From positions 930,001 to 994,000 of the forward strand of contig CDPCPM010000231.1 of assembly GCA_976551045.1 (NCBI GenBank): a stretch of DNA of 64,000 nucleotides, given 5' to 3'. This document shows positions 38,457 to 52,678 of the stretch, piece by piece. The notes beneath the pieces are model-generated. The model did no database searches and was not told the origin of the DNA. It saw only the letters and a program-made list of their open reading frames with translations. Each line of letters opens with the position of its first letter. Position 1 is the first letter of the stretch. Both the position numbers and the translations under genes were made by a program. This stretch comes from Glaucostegus cemiculus. Taxonomy: Eukaryota.

Positions 38457-40394
38457 CTATGTTCATTAAGAGGAGAGAGCTGACCCACATCAAGATTTAA
38501 AGGTCAAGTGAATCCATTTGAGAGGCACCAGAAATGGAGAAAGATCCAGAAAAAAATACTTTTATAAAAACAAACACATCTTGTAAGGCATTTCCTCATA
38601 TTTAAGGTTATATCAGACACTGGGGCATACAATTTATCAACAATAATGTTTACATCATGTACCCACAAAATCATATGTAATGCCTAAACACAACAATGAA
38701 AAACACCTTAGACAGTTTAAAGTCACAATTAGGACAAAACCTGTACCAAAAATGACTAAGTTTTGACTACTGGATATGATTTAGTTTATCTTAATGTTTT
38801 CAATAATTTCTCAGAATAAGAGAGTTTGGTTTGTATTCCTCAGTACATTAATTGCCTTGTTACCAATGTAGTGGTATTTAATGAATGAGCGATGATTACA
38901 GTGTAAGCCTGTTTTCACCCAAGGTGATATAGATATTTAGATAAAAGATCTTCGCGTGATCAGTCTGATGATCTCAACATCAGGTGCTGTTGAGTAACAG
39001 ACATATTTTAGAAGCAACTTCAATGTTAAGATCACAATAAGGTCAGTAAATCAGATCTTAACTGTGTAAACTGAATATAGACGTACCTGGAATCAATAAT
39101 AGCACTCTAAGAAATTATTTACAACACTAAACAATATTTTGTTTAATGGGACCCATGTCCCAAAGGTATCCAAGTGTGTTCTGCAAAATAGATGACTCAC
39201 TTTGTTTTTGATATTTTACATAGGCACGTACAATATTCCCCTCAGTTTACCTGTCATTTATTTTTTTTAAAACTTCCTCCTTCACAAAAAGCAATGCTAT
39301 ACTTCCATAGACGTCATCCCCATGACCAGTGCAAGTCCAGACAATTAACGTCAGAAGCCTGCTGAAATTTGAATCTGAGATTTATGTACCTGCACTTCCC
39401 AGCTCCAACAGGTAGATGGTAATCAAAAGTGGGAATCTTACTACCAGCGCTCCCCAGCCAAGGAAGCTGAAGCCAGTTGTAGGATTATTGTAATTTAAAC
39501 CAACTAATTTGGCAGAGGCCAAGAGCCGAATATATGGACCTTACTATTCTACGCTGACTTTCCTCTTCATTTGCTAGGCCAGTTAACGCATTAAGATGCA
39601 GACCGTTAGATTGCTAACATTCACACACCACCGCCTAACGGCTAGTGGACTGATGAGAAATCAAAGATTTGGACACCTTTAGTATTTGTACGTTTACGTG
39701 CAATTGGATCAGTGTTACTGAAAAAAAAGTGAAAAAGCACAATGGCAGTGGAATCAATCTGCAGTTCACTTTAACCCACCTTGCTACTGGCAATTTTCAC
39801 CAGGATACAATAAATTAACCAGTTACAAATACAGACTAACCCCCGCAACATACATACCCCTGACAGACCCAACACGGTCTTAGCCAACATTCTTCATAGG
39901 CTTAAGTGCAGCTACTTGCTAACGTACTGAAAAAAAGGCTGGGTGTAGCAAAGGGGGGTTCGGGTGGAATCCGTTACCAAGTTCAGAAGTCTTCAGGTTA
40001 TGATGCTGGATAAGTTAGTAACAATCTGAGATTTCATAATTTGCCATGACAAATTATGTAATATTAATTGAATCAAATTGGTAACCCAAGAACTTGCACC
40101 AAGAAAAAAAATGATGAAAATTGCTGAAATTATTATATAAACCAAAATAATCTTCTAATGTCTTTAGGGAAGGCAGTTGATATCTATGCCTGGAGTTATA
40201 GTCATAGAGAGATAGAGCATGTAGATGCAACACCAACATTAAAGTTGACAGTGTGGAAAATTGGCCAAATGTGTGCTATATGTAAAAACAGAACAAATCT
40301 ATTCTGGATTACTACCCTCTACCCTCTTTCTCCTATCGTAAGCAAAGTTATGGTAGGTATAATTAACCACGTCATCTAGTAACAACCCCTTGAA

Positions 40395-40980
40395 TCATAG
40401 ATTCATTCAGTTACAGCCCAGAAACAGGCCTTTCAGCCCAACTCAAACTTACTGACGAAGATGTCTATCTAAACTAATCCCATTTGCCTGCATTTAGCCC
40501 ATATCCCTCGAAGCCCCTCCTATACATGTACCTGTAAAAATGTTTTCTTTAAACGCTGTAATTGTACCTGCCTATACCACCTCCTCTGGCAACTCATTCC
40601 ATGTACCCACCACACTCTGTGAAAAACTTGCCACTTAGAACCCCTTTATATCTTCCCCCCCCTCACCTTAAACCTACAATTTGCCCTCTGCCAGAGGAAG
40701 TGGTTGCGATGGGTACAATTACAACATTTAAAAGACATTTAAACAGGTACATGGATAGTAAAGGTTTAGAGGGACATTGACTAAATACAGGCAAATGGGA
40801 CTAGCTCAGGTAGGCAACTTAGCTGGCATGGACAAAGGACTTGTTTCCATGTTGTGTAGCTCTGTGACTCTATAAGGTTACCCCTCTGTCACCTTTGCTC
40901 CAGGGAAAAACAGCACCAGCCTATCCAAACTCTCCTTATTACTCAATCCCTCCAGTCCCGGTCTCATCCCTGTGACAAGT
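40395..40980 (-). mobile_element. CR1 3' fragment with an opposite-orientation CR1 3' end nested at about 40685-40872
   Basis: Minus-strand tail interrupted by plus-strand LPEEVVAMGTITTFKRHLNRYM. Confidence 0.7.
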
Positions 40981-42599
40981 CCTCCATTCCCAGACAGAAA
41001 ACAAACCAAGCTGAACCAATGTTACAGGTGGATGATGGATACAGACCGAGAAATCAAGTTACTTGAAGTTGCTGAATTCAATATTGAGTCCAGAAGGCTG
41101 CAATGTGCCTAGATGGACAGGTGGTGAGGTGGCATTCCTCAAGTATGTGTTAGTCCTCATCGTGACAGGACAGGAGGCCAGAAATGAAGATAGTCTCATA
41201 TCACGTTGACTCTTTAATATGCTCAGGACAGCAAGGGATGGGTAGTCAGTACTACCTTGTCAAAAGTGCCAATATTCCCAGAACAAGAAAAAAAAAGAGA
41301 CAATATGATTGTTCATTTTTGTTTTAAACCTGACTAAGAAGTTCAACATTCCAGTATCATAATTGTTCTATCTAATAACCTAACCAATCACATGTGAATC
41401 TCAGTGTATTTATATTTTGCGCAACTGACCAGTAAGGTCAGTTTCAAACCAAAGCTCACGTGTGCATGAAGTTTCACTGCATGACAGAACTATGTAAATA
41501 AAGGATGGTGTTATTGATGGTGTTATCGTTTTGCTCCATTTTTATCAATTTTATCTTTTCCTTTAACTTTTGCAATGCTTTACCATACCACAGGAAATTT
41601 CTCATTTTCTCTTTCATATTTAAGAGCAGAATTAAGTGAATAGATTGGAATCCTCTCCACAAACTACCTTTGGTACTATTTGTGGAACACAGGCAGCAGT
41701 TTGTCATCCAGTTTCATTCTTCTCCAGATGTGTGCTCACACCCGGACCCAGTTATTTCACAGAGACACAAAAGATGGCAGCTGCTGTAGTCTGGAGCAAA
41801 AAAAACACAAAATGCTGGTGGGACCTGCTGGTTGTGACCCTGCAAAACGTGCTGTCGTGTCCAGCACCCCCCTGCTTCCATAGATGCCTGACCTGCTGAG
41901 TCCCTCCAAGGGGTTTGGTTTTTGCCCAATTATTTCACTGTTGGTAAAATTAGGGGAAGATTCTGTACACTGTTATTCATTTCTGAAATAAGAAGGAAAA
42001 TAATCCAGCTGTCTCTAAGTTTGCATGACTTGGCAAAAACTGGTATTGTCATTTGAAAATAATAGTTTCTCTTTTATCTTCCACTCCAATTTTCCCTTTA
42101 GTTGCTTTTAATAATAAAGACCTTCTGATTAAGTTTTCCCCACAAGTTCCTGTTTTATATTAGCATGGTTGGATTGAAAGCACGCAGACTTCTAAAACAG
42201 ATTTGTCCAAGATATTAGTCACATGATGTAGGGTTAAGCTTCTCTGCCGTTCTGATGAAAAGTTGTTTTGTTCGAAGAGATCCTTGACTAACGCCCTGTC
42301 TTCCCATGGAAATAAACTAAAAGCACCAATGACACTAATTGAAGAAAAGCCCATCTCTCTCTCAACATTTATTCTTCAGCCAGCATCAAAATCCCCTCTG
42401 CTGGAGCTGGTAGCTTGTCGTGGGTAACACTGGCTGCTGAGGTCTGCACAATATAGTTACTTTAAAGTTAGACAGGAAGGATGATTTATTTTTTTCACAA
42501 ACAGTACTGAAACTTTTTCGTCAGTTGGATGTTATATCTCCCGATCAAAGGCACAGGATTTATTAATATCCCTTTGAGTCGAGATTTTTCCCACATATA

Positions 42600-43040
42600 T
42601 AAAGCCCCCTCCTCGTCCAATATTTAAATAATAGTATACTGGAGTTTCCCATGCGATAAGGCTGTTATGAAATGAACCTGGTTGAATTCACGCCGCTTCA
42701 ACACGCCGGCACCGCTGTGGGGACAGAACCGGCAGCACATTCCCCTACCTTCACCTGGCGCCCTACCAGCAGCTTCAGCCTCGCTGTGCCCGGATTTCTC
42801 GGGGAATCCCTTGCAAAGTTAAGATGTTCAGTAACTTCCTCCCCTGGAGCCCACGCCTCGGCCTGAACACGTACGTACGTGGAAACCCTGAACCTTGCGT
42901 CAGCAATTCCTGCTGGTTGTTGATCCCAGTCTGCTCCTATTCTGGATGAAATCCCCGCCGAGGTCCGCAGCAGCCGCCCGGGCTTTGTTCAGGCATGAAC
43001 CGCACGTAATCGCCATTGGCTCTGGTTGACCCAATTTAGC
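42600..43040. promoter_or_regulatory. Orphan CpG-rich promoter/enhancer with NF-kB, CRE-like, HRE-like and CCAAT motifs
   Basis: CpG enrichment; GGGAAACTCC (minus, 42641-42650); GGGGAATCCC (42801-42810); TGCGTCA at 42896; ATTGG at 43015; CCAAT at 43031; minus-strand donor CAG|gtgaag at 42755. Confidence 0.6.
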
Positions 43041-43229
43041 AAACAACTTGGATTTTTTTAAAAAGAATTTGAATATATTTAAATGTTTTCATAGTGTTAG
43101 GACTTTTAATTTTAAAAAGACTTTATTACTATAACTATCTGAATATTTTCTAAATAGATTTTAAATGTTTCTGAACGCCAGAACCACTCAATTGTTCAGT
43201 TGTTTGATGCTGTAAGTAGGTTAGGTATA

Positions 43230-45520
43230 AAATCAGAAAGTGCTGTCCATACTCAGCAGGTCAGGCCAGATCTGAAGGAAGATATCTTTATTAGTCACAT
43301 GTACATTGAAACACACAGTGAAATGCATCTTTTGTGTAGAGTGTTCTGGGGGCAGCCCACGAGTGTTGCCACACTTCCGGCGCCAACATAGCATGCCCAC
43401 AACTTCCTAACCCGCATGTCTTTGGAACGTGGGAGGAAACCAGAGCACCCAGAGGAAACCCACGCAGACACACGGAGAATATACAAACTCCTTTCAGGCA
43501 GCAGCCAGAATCGAACCCGGCTCACTGGCGTTGTAATAGCATCATGGTAACCGCTACATTTCAGGTCGAAGACCCTCATAAGAACTCGGATGGGGACAGA
43601 AGAAGCTTGTTAAAGCCACAGGGAGGGCGAGGGGGGTGGGCATCTCTGATCGGGTAGAACCAGGGTGACCATGGGGATAATCTATAAACAAGATTATCTG
43701 GTCAAGGAGTGAGTGGCAGCAGTTAGAGGGCAAGAACATGGAGAAAATAATGTGGAAGTTGTGAAATACAGACGTGCCTTGCCAGTCAGGCTAGGCATGG
43801 TTTGGATCCCTGGCTGGTGGGTGGGGAAGAGGTGAAAGGACAAGTGTGGTATTGCCTGTAACTGCAAGGGAAAGTGCTGCAGGGTGGTTGGTGAGAACAG
43901 AAGAGTGGACCGGGGAGTCACAAAGGGAATGGTCCCTGCAGAATGCTGAACGAGGAGCAGAGGGAGAGGTGTGTCTGGTGGTGGAATCACTTTGAAAATG
44001 GCAGAAGGTACGGAGAAAGCGGAGGCTGGTGGAATGGAAGGTGGGGACAGGGGAGCACTGTGTCCTTGTGCTGTCCCGGAGGAGAGGGGGCAAGAGCAGA
44101 GCAAGAAATGGATGAGACACAGTCAAGGGCTTTGTTAGCAATGGTAGAGGGTAAGTCATGGTTCAGGAAGATGGAAGACATTTCAGAGGCACCTGTACAG
44201 AGTCTCATCATTGCAGCAAATACAATGGAGATAGAGGAACTGGGAGAATGGAACGGAATAGAAGGTAGGGTGGGACAAAGGGTAGTCAAGATAGCTGTGG
44301 GAGTTGGTAGACATGTAATGAGTGTTAGTGGCTAACCTGTTGCCTGAGATGGAGACAGCGAGATCCAGAAAAAGAAGGGAAGAGTCAGAGATGGGTCATG
44401 TGAAGGTGAGAGCAGGGTGGAAATTGGCAACAAAAATAATGAAGTAGTCAAGTTCTGCTTGAATACAGGAAGCTGCACCAATAGAGTCGTGGATGAACCA
44501 GAAAAAGAGTTGAGGGAATGGGCCCGGTTAGGACTGAAACAGACTTTACCACAAATCCCACAGAAAGACAGGCATAGCTTGGACCAATGCAAGTGCCCTT
44601 AGTTACACCTTTGATCTGGAAAAAGTGAGTGGAGTTGAAGGATAATTTGTTCAAAGTGAGATCAGGCTCAACCAGGCAAGTGAGTGTGTTGATGGAGGGG
44701 AACCAGTTGGGCCTCTGCTCCAGAAGAAGCAGAGAGTCCTCAGACCATCCCGTTGTGGGATGGAGGGGTAAAGGGATTGTATACCCCTGGTAAAGATAAG
44801 TCAATTTGGGACCAAGGAACTGGAAATGATCAAAGTGGCAGAGGACATCAGCGGTGTCAGGGATATGTGGGAAGGGAATGGTCCAGACAAGAAAGGGTAG
44901 AGTCAAGGTGGGGAAAAATAAGTTTGGTGGAGCAAGAGCAGGCTAAATCAATGGGTCTGCCAGGCAATCCTCCTTGTGGATTTTAGGCAGGAAATAGAAG
45001 AGGGCTGTCCGGGGATAGAACTCTGTAAGTCTGGAAGCTCTGGAGGCATTTCCCAGGGAAATGAGGTCCATGACTGTCTGGGTGGCCATGGCCTAATGTT
45101 CAATGGTGGTGTCATGATCCAAAGAGAGATATGAGGAGATGTTTGAGAGCTGGCTTCTGGCCTCTGCAAGTTAGAGGTCTGTTCACGAGACCACAACAGC
45201 ACCATTCTTGTCAGCGGGTTTGACAACAGTTGGTTCTTAATGAATGGAGTGCTGCAACTTCAGAAGCAGGAAGGCTAGAGTGTGAGAAGGGAGTGGAAAG
45301 ATCAAGACGGTCAATGTCAGTTAGCAATGAATAGACCTAGAGAGGGCGATTGCGTGGAGGGAGGTGTCCAGCTGGATCAAGAGTACTGAAGAGGGATGAA
45401 AGGATCCACTGTTTGGGGCGAAGACCTCTGGCCTTTTGCTTCCACAGTTACAGCCTGACATGCTGAGTATTTCCAGCATTTTCTGTTATTACTTTAGATT
45501 TCCAGCATCTGCAGTTTTTA
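43230..45520 (-). mobile_element. Penelope-like retroelement remnant (RT) with inverted terminal repeats
   Basis: NKLSFNSTHFFQIKGVTKGTCIGPSYACL (PLE RT) and EMSSIFLNHDLP. Ends tgctg..atactcagcaggtcaggc (about 43240) and gcctgacatgctgagtatttccagca (about 45453) are inverted relative to each other. Confidence 0.85.
43284..43556 (-). mobile_element. SINE inserted into the Penelope terminal repeat
   Basis: Near-identical to the SINEs at 52387 and 63712. Confidence 0.9.
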
Positions 45521-47859
45521 AAATATTTTCACTTAATTAAATCAGATGGTGGCGTGGCTTATCGACTTGTCAGAGTTTTATTTTTCAGCAGTTCATGGTG
45601 GGGTTTGTTCTGGCCCCACAGTGACTGCACAGGGCCTTGCCATGACCAGTGGAGCTGATGACAAATTCAGAAGGGGAGAATTAGAGAAGGTACAGCAAGC
45701 TTTCCTTGAAGGTCAGTGATAAGCATAGGCCTCAGATTCCAGGGCTAAAGTGACTCCAGGACAAATGCAGTCGCAAGTTCATGCAAGGCATGACATTGGA
45801 CTGGATCTTCAAAGTCCAAACTTCTCTGAACAAGTGGAGGCAGGTGGACATCCTAATCAAGACTGTTGTTCATGGGATGTTTTGATTTAGGAACATGCAT
45901 AATCAAGTGGAATGAAAATAAAACTAGAACAATTGAATATTCACTTCTTTATTGAAAATATTAAAAGACTTCCCATTTCTCCAGAGGAATGAGCGCCAGT
46001 CTTTGTGTGATACTTCATAATTAGTGGCAACTCATTCAATAATGCTAGTTCTATTATTAGAGAAAGCTGCAACAACTACAAGTAGTGTTATGACTTTTGT
46101 TATGTGGGAGGAAAGAGTTAGCTCGTGTGACATTTGAAAGACAGCACAACTTGGTGGGCCAAAGCGCCTGTTTTGTGCTGTATTGTTCTATGGTTCAATG
46201 GTAAATGTGTGCAGTGAGAGTACGTGGGCCTGGATTTTGTCATCTACAGCAGGATTTATTATCTTTCCTGAACTTGGACGGGAACAGTAAGCCTTTGAAT
46301 CATTGCTCCTGTCTGATGCCAGGACCAAGAAAAACAGGAGCATCAATCCTCCTCTTTGTAATTAAGTATCGTCAGAAATGTTTCAGTTTATTTTTCCCCA
46401 ATGCTTTCCCCACTGCACGCAGCATTCTAGAGTAGTTTATCAGACGCCAGTCATCCCTTTGTACATTACTCAAATGATCTTTGAAATATCACAGCTGATC
46501 TAAATGGCATCCTGCATGGTTTCCCACTCAACAGAAACCACAAAACTATGATTAAGATCAGCAATCCAATATCCTGATTGACTGTTCCACTATATTACCC
46601 AGAGATATTCAAGGCAAATTCCACCAACTATCCTAACTCTCTAGCTGGGATCACATAACTCAATGGAAACTAAAAGCAAATCTGTAAGCTTTCTCATCAG
46701 TGTATTTCAATACCACACCAATTGGTACATTTTTCAATAGTTGGAAGCAGTTCAGAAAAGATTTACTAAATTGATACCTTCAATATATGAATTGTTTTAC
46801 AAGGAAAGATTGAACAGGCTGGGCTTGTCTCTGCTGGAGTTTTGAAAAGGTGACCTGATCAAAACACAAGATCCAGAGAGGTCCTGACAGGGTCTTGTTT
46901 ATTAACTGTCCAGGATTTGATCATTGCTAACAGTGCCAGCATTTATTGCCCATCTCTAATTTCCATTGAGAAGGTGGTGCTGAATTGTCACTTTGAATCA
47001 CTGGAATTCTTCTATTGAAGGTACTTCTGTAGTGGGTATCAGAAAGTGACTCACCATTGATGTCCAGTCTCTGACCTGCTCAGTAGCCATGGTGTTTATG
47101 TGTCTCTGTGGCTAGTCCACATAAATACTGTGAAAGCGAAGAAGATTTCTCTGCTTGTTGGAAAATGTAGAAACACCAATAAGAAAGGGTACAGATTTGA
47201 TCTTAGTTTCTATTGAGTGATCACTGTTTAAAATGGGGGAAGGGTCATAATTTATGGAAAAAGATGAGGCTTTTATGGTGGAAGCAGAGATAGATAGAAA
47301 CTTGAAAAACAATGTTGTGAAATGTTACCAGGACAGACCTGTTCAATTTTTCCTTGTAAGGTGATCACCTATTTAAGGTATCAATTTAGTAAATCTTTTC
47401 TGAACTGCTTTCATCTTTTGAAAAATGTACTACTTGGTGTTGTATTGAAACACACTGATGAGAAAGCTTACAGATTTGATCCTTTGTTTCTGTTGAGTTA
47501 TGTGATCCTAGCTGGAAAGTTAGGATGTTAGCAGAACTTAGGTTACACTCCAACCAGCTATGATCTTATTGAGTGACAGAACAGGTTGAGGGACTAAGTG
47601 GCTTCTTCTTGCTTCTAATTTGTGTGTTCCTCTGTTAAATGGACTTTGTGGGTTTTTTTCATTCTATTTGTGTTCTTTCTTGTAAAATTGGTGGATAGTT
47701 TATGTTCAATTTATGTTTTCTTATGAATGCTACTTATATGAGGTGTGCCTGTGATGCTGCTGCAAGTAAGATTTTCATTGCACCTGTTCATACATGTACT
47801 TGTGTATATGACAATAAACTCAACTTTGACTTCTTTATTTTATTAAATTTGAGATAGAC

Positions 47860-48975
47860 AATAGACACAAGCCAACGTGGAAAGTATTTTCTAGAAAAGC
47901 ACAGGCTGATTAGGGAATGTCAGCACAGCTTTGTGAGGGAGAAGTTATGCCGAACAAGCTGGATTGAGTTTTTTGAGGAGATGACGAAGATGATTGATGA
48001 GCGTGGGGCAGTGGATACTGTATACGTGGACTTTAGTAAAGCTTCCAACAGGATCCCTCATGACAAACTGTTCCAGAAGAATAAGGCACATGGGATCCAT
48101 GGAGGCTTGGTAGATTGGATTCAGAATTGGCTTGGCCATAGAAACCAGAGGCTTGTTTAAAGAGTTGTTATTCCAACTGGAGGGTTGTGAATTTAATCGG
48201 ATAAGTGTGAGGCATTGCACTTTGGGAGGTCAAATGTAAGGGGAAATTATACAGTAAATAGCAGGATTCTTAGGAATATTGAAGTACAGAGGGATCTTGG
48301 GCCCATAGCTCCCTAAAGGTGGAAACACAAGTAGATAGGGTGGTAAAGAAGGCCTAAGGCATATTTGCCTTCATCAGTTGGGGCCTTGAATATAAAAGTT
48401 TGGAAGTCATGTAGCAGCTGAATAGAGCTTTGGTGAGGCCACATTTGGCATATTGTGTGTCTCTTGGTCACCACATTCCATGATGGATGTGGATGCTCTG
48501 GAGAGGGTGCAGATGAGGTTCAGCAAGACGTTGCCTGGATTAGAGAGTATTAGCTATAAGGAGAGGTTGGATAAACTTGGATTGTTTTCTCTGGAGTGTC
48601 GGAGGCTGAGGGACAACCTGATAGAAGTATATAAAATTATGAGAGATATAGATAGGGTAGATAAACAGTGTCTTTTTCCCAGGGTTGAAATGTTGAAAGC
48701 TAGGTTTAAGATTTGAGGGCAAAGTTTAAAAGAGATTTATGAGGCAAGTTTTTTTTACACAGAGAGTGGCAGGTGCCTGAACTGTGCTGCCAGGGAAGTG
48801 GTGGAAGCAGGTAATGATAGCAATGTTTAAGAGGTATTCTGACAGGCACGTGAACAGGCAGTGAGTGGAGTGATACAGACCACGTTTAGGCAGATGGGGT
48901 TAGTTTTGAAAGACATCATGGTCCGCACAGACACCGTGAGCTGAAGGGCCTGTGCTGTACTGTTCTATGTTCACT
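47860..48975 (+). mobile_element. CR1 LINE fragment with an internal deletion
   Basis: AVDTVYVDFSKA..PHDKL..WIQNWL, then ALERVQ..LFSLECRRLRDNLIEVYKI, and a CR1 tail. Confidence 0.9.
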
Positions 48976-50329
48976 CTAGTCTTGCTTTGTTTTATTTTTA
49001 AGCCCTCTAATCTAGGTATTTAATGTTTAAATGAAGTGAGTTTATTCATTAGTTTAACGTGCTTTTTAACAGTTTTATTTAAACCATGACTTTTAGTTCT
49101 CATGAAATGCTATAAAACACTGCTGAAACAGCATAAAACAAAAGTCCAAAATCCAGCATCAGCATCACAATCCTGTTGTAGAGCTTTGGCAAGTCACCTC
49201 TTCTTGTTGCGCTGTCCATCTGTACACATTTCTCAGAGTTGGAACTGTTCCCGGAATAGTGTTAAGAATAAGCCATTGTTTTGGATAGCCCTCCACTTCC
49301 TTCTGCTTCATTTGAGATCTCAAAATAAATCAGAAAATTATCAAAAAAAACCCCATGTGTAAATTCCCTGATTGGATTGCTGTTCAGAGCAGGACCCATT
49401 TAAAAAATCCCCCACCCCACCCCACTCCTCAAGGACAAGTTACAGTTTTGAAACTTTTGAATAAGTAGAAGAATTCTCTTTCATTACATAAACTTAATTC
49501 CAAGTAATTTTCAGTTTATGTATTTAGATTTAATAATTCCTCACCTGCTGTGATTGTAAAAGTGAGTCAAAATGGAGTGAGCTGGATGAGTGAAGCAATG
49601 GGATACCCTTTCACCCCTGAGACCTGTGCATGGATGAAGGACAACATCATCTCCCCCTGCTGGTGGTAATAAGGCTTCCACATGAAGGCTTGGCACAGAC
49701 TGAACTGTCCTATCACTTTGTCACCAGGACCACTATTTCCCCTATTTAGAATGAACACTCCAGTGAAAATACCACTTTTTATGTTTGGATTTGGAAGTTT
49801 ATTTTCAAATCTACAAATGCTTATATATATGCTTATTGCATTTTTATTGCTGTTTATATCTTACTTTTTGCATTGAATTGGAAATGAAAGCCAAATGTTT
49901 ATGATTCTGTACTGGAGACCCAGAGAATTCAGATTTCACCAAAATTTAAACCATGAAATTGAAAAATAACAAATCTGGTAATTTAATCTTTTCATGGCCA
50001 GACTTGCTGGCTCCACGTGCTGTCACTTCCAGCATGTTGTTGCCAATGTCCTGCCAGCATGATCATTGCAGATTGGGACTGCAGTTCAGATTGGGACACC
50101 GTCCAGCAATGTGTTCCCAGGAGTGAATTCCAGCACGGTCTAGCCTCCAGCCCTTCAATATGTCACAGACTCTCTTATTCCTCCCCCCTCCCTGCCCCTG
50201 CTCCGACCTCTTGTCTATCCCTCTCCCCATTGCTGATTACTGGTAGTTACATCTTCAGCTATTTCAGCTCCTGGTCCTATGACTGCCTCTCTAAACCACA
50301 TACCCTCCTTTAAGCCCTTCTTTCAAACC

Positions 50330-50555
50330 CATCTTTCACACAGAGGTATGTGGAATGAGCTGCCAGAGGAAGTGGTATAGGTGGGTACAATTACGACATT
50401 TAAAAGATATTTGGACAGGTACTGGATAGCAAAGGCTTAGAGGGAAATGGGCCAAACTCAGGCAAATGGGACTAGCTCAGTTAGGCAACTTTATCAGCAT
50501 AGACGAGTTGGACCAAAGGGCCTGTTTTCCATGCTGTAAACTTTATAACTCTATC
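50330..50555 (+). mobile_element. CR1 3' end
   Basis: WNELPEEVV.VGTITTFKR.LDRY followed by the tail. Confidence 0.75.
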
Positions 50556-52059
50556 TCATTGAATAAGGTTCTAGTCACCCTTTCTAATATCTCCTGCTTT
50601 GGTCCAGCAACTACTCTTTTTATGAAGTGCCTTGGAATACAACGCATTCCCGCTGTTACTGGTGAAGCAGTTGTAATAAACACTGTAAGCAGCCAACTTT
50701 GGTCCCAGGTAAGAGATCAGACCAAACGTTTATCCTCACCACATCCAGTGGGATTGGTGATGATCAGACAACTCACAGGAGGAGGTGCTCTGAGGATCTT
50801 CTCTGAAGCAATTGGCAGGGCTGAAAATATACACACGGATTAAGAACACATAGTGACAAACCAATAGTCTACTCTTGTGATTCTCACCTGTGTCCAGTTA
50901 ATTCACTTGACTCCACATGATATTCAAAAGTGAATGTGTTAAGAGCTAAGATTACATATTAGTTATTGTAATGAAGATCTGCATGCCAGAACTAGCTAGC
51001 TTCCTATCCCAGCTATTCCAGTGCAGTTGCAACTTTACCATATACCTAACAATGTGGATTGTACTCAGGTGAATTTCTGTAAAACATGCAACAAACCTAA
51101 TCTAATAACAACAATTTACATTTATGCAGCATTTTTCACAGATTAACACATCTGAAACTACTTCATGACAGAATTAACCAAAACATTTGTGCAGGAGCCA
51201 TGGCAGGAATAAGCAGGTTACTTTAGGGATAAGGGGCTGCCAATACAACTTTTTTTTTTGCGAGAAGGATCAAGTTTATAATCCAAACCTTTTCCAAGTG
51301 TCAGTCATGAGAAACATGTTTTATTTTAACCATACTTAATCAGATCTGATAATTTGAGTCATATTTAAAAATCACAGATACCATTGTTCTCACTGCTCCA
51401 CTCCTTGCCTTTTGATGCTTTATCACCACCACTCCCTCTGCTTCTTGTAGTTCCACTTGCTGATCCTACCCTGGTCGGTTTGGCACATCTCCGGGTTACG
51501 TTGTGCTTGTGCCTGGTGATGTCACAGGCAACAGCATGCGAGCTCTGTGTTACTCCCTGCTGCCGGCCACTTTAATTGTACATCCCAGTCCACCGTGGCC
51601 TATGTGCTTCTGGCCTCCAGTACTGCTTTAATGAGGCCCAACATAGGCCTGAGGAATGAAAACCACTGTTATGCTGGTGGAACTCAGCAGGCCAGGCAGC
51701 ATCGGTGGAGAAAAGCAGCTGGTCAACATTTCAGATCAGGACCCTCCTTCAGGATTGAAGATAGGGAAAGGGGAAGCCCAATATATAGGAGGGAAAAGCA
51801 GAGCAATGATAGGTGGACAAAAGAGAGGAGGCGGGGTGGGCACAGGGCGGCGATAGGTAGATGCTGGTGAGAGATAGTGATTGGCAGGTGTGGGGAGGGG
51901 GGGAGAGCAGGTCCCCTGGGGGATGGGTCACAAGTAAGAAGAGAGAAAAGAGAGAGAAAAGGAAGGCTAGGAGTGGGAAGAGAGAGGAAGCATAGTGGTG
52001 GGGGGTGTTTTTGTCTGTGCCTCTGTCTTTTTCTCCACTTACCTCTTTTTTTGTAATTC

Positions 52060-52385
52060 CAAAATAAATTTTATTCATCATAAAAAACAAACTATATACA
52101 ACAATAAAACAGTGCAAACCTTCACATTCATGTACGGATTAATCATTAGTGTTACCTTTTTATATAAAACCACAGCACCAATGCCACTCATGTTGTTCCC
52201 CGGGGTGATACCCCAATCCCGTATTTACAATATTTAAGGGGCTTCCTCGCCTGACCCCACCCCTCCTTCTCCAGTGGCAGAAGAACCTTAAACTGTCGTC
52301 CTTCCCCACCGAGCCCTTGCGTTGGCTGTGCCCAGCTTCAGTGCGTTCCTCAGTACATACTCCTGCAGCCTGGAATGTGCCACAC
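52060..52385 (-). mobile_element. Tx1/L1-clade LINE 3' end
   Basis: Minus strand reads AHSRLQEYVLRNALKLGTANARARWGRTTV*, then a 3' UTR with AATAAA and an A-rich tail. Confidence 0.6.
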
Positions 52386-52386
52386 C

Positions 52387-52678
52387 GGCAGGCATGGTAG
52401 TGTAGCCGTTAGCATAACACTTTACAGCACCAGCGTCCCGGGTTCAATACTGGCTGCTCTCTGAAAGGGGTTTGTGTGTTCTCCGTGTGTCTGTGTGGGT
52501 TTCCTCCGGGTGCTCTGGTTTCCTCCCACATTGCAAAGACGTATGGGTTAGGAAGTTGCGGGCGTGCTATGTTGGCACCGGAAGTGTGGCGACACTTGTG
52601 GGCTGCCCCCAGAACACTCTACGCAAAAAAGATGCATTTCACTGTGTGTTTCAATGTACATGTGACTAATAAAGAAAT
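52387..52678 (+). mobile_element. SINE (full length)
   Basis: ggcaggcatggtagtgtagc (A box), ggttcaat (B box), conserved body and tail. Confidence 0.9.

Noticed and set aside
39087-39106. Possible 20-nt minus-strand micro-exon (ttcttag|...ccag|gtacgt)
   Set aside because: Splice-like motifs occur often by chance, and there is no coding or expression support.
52387-52460. tRNA genes at SINE heads (also 2130, about 23410 and 63712)
   Set aside because: A/B boxes are followed by SINE body and tail and recur across the window; no intact cloverleaf is evident.
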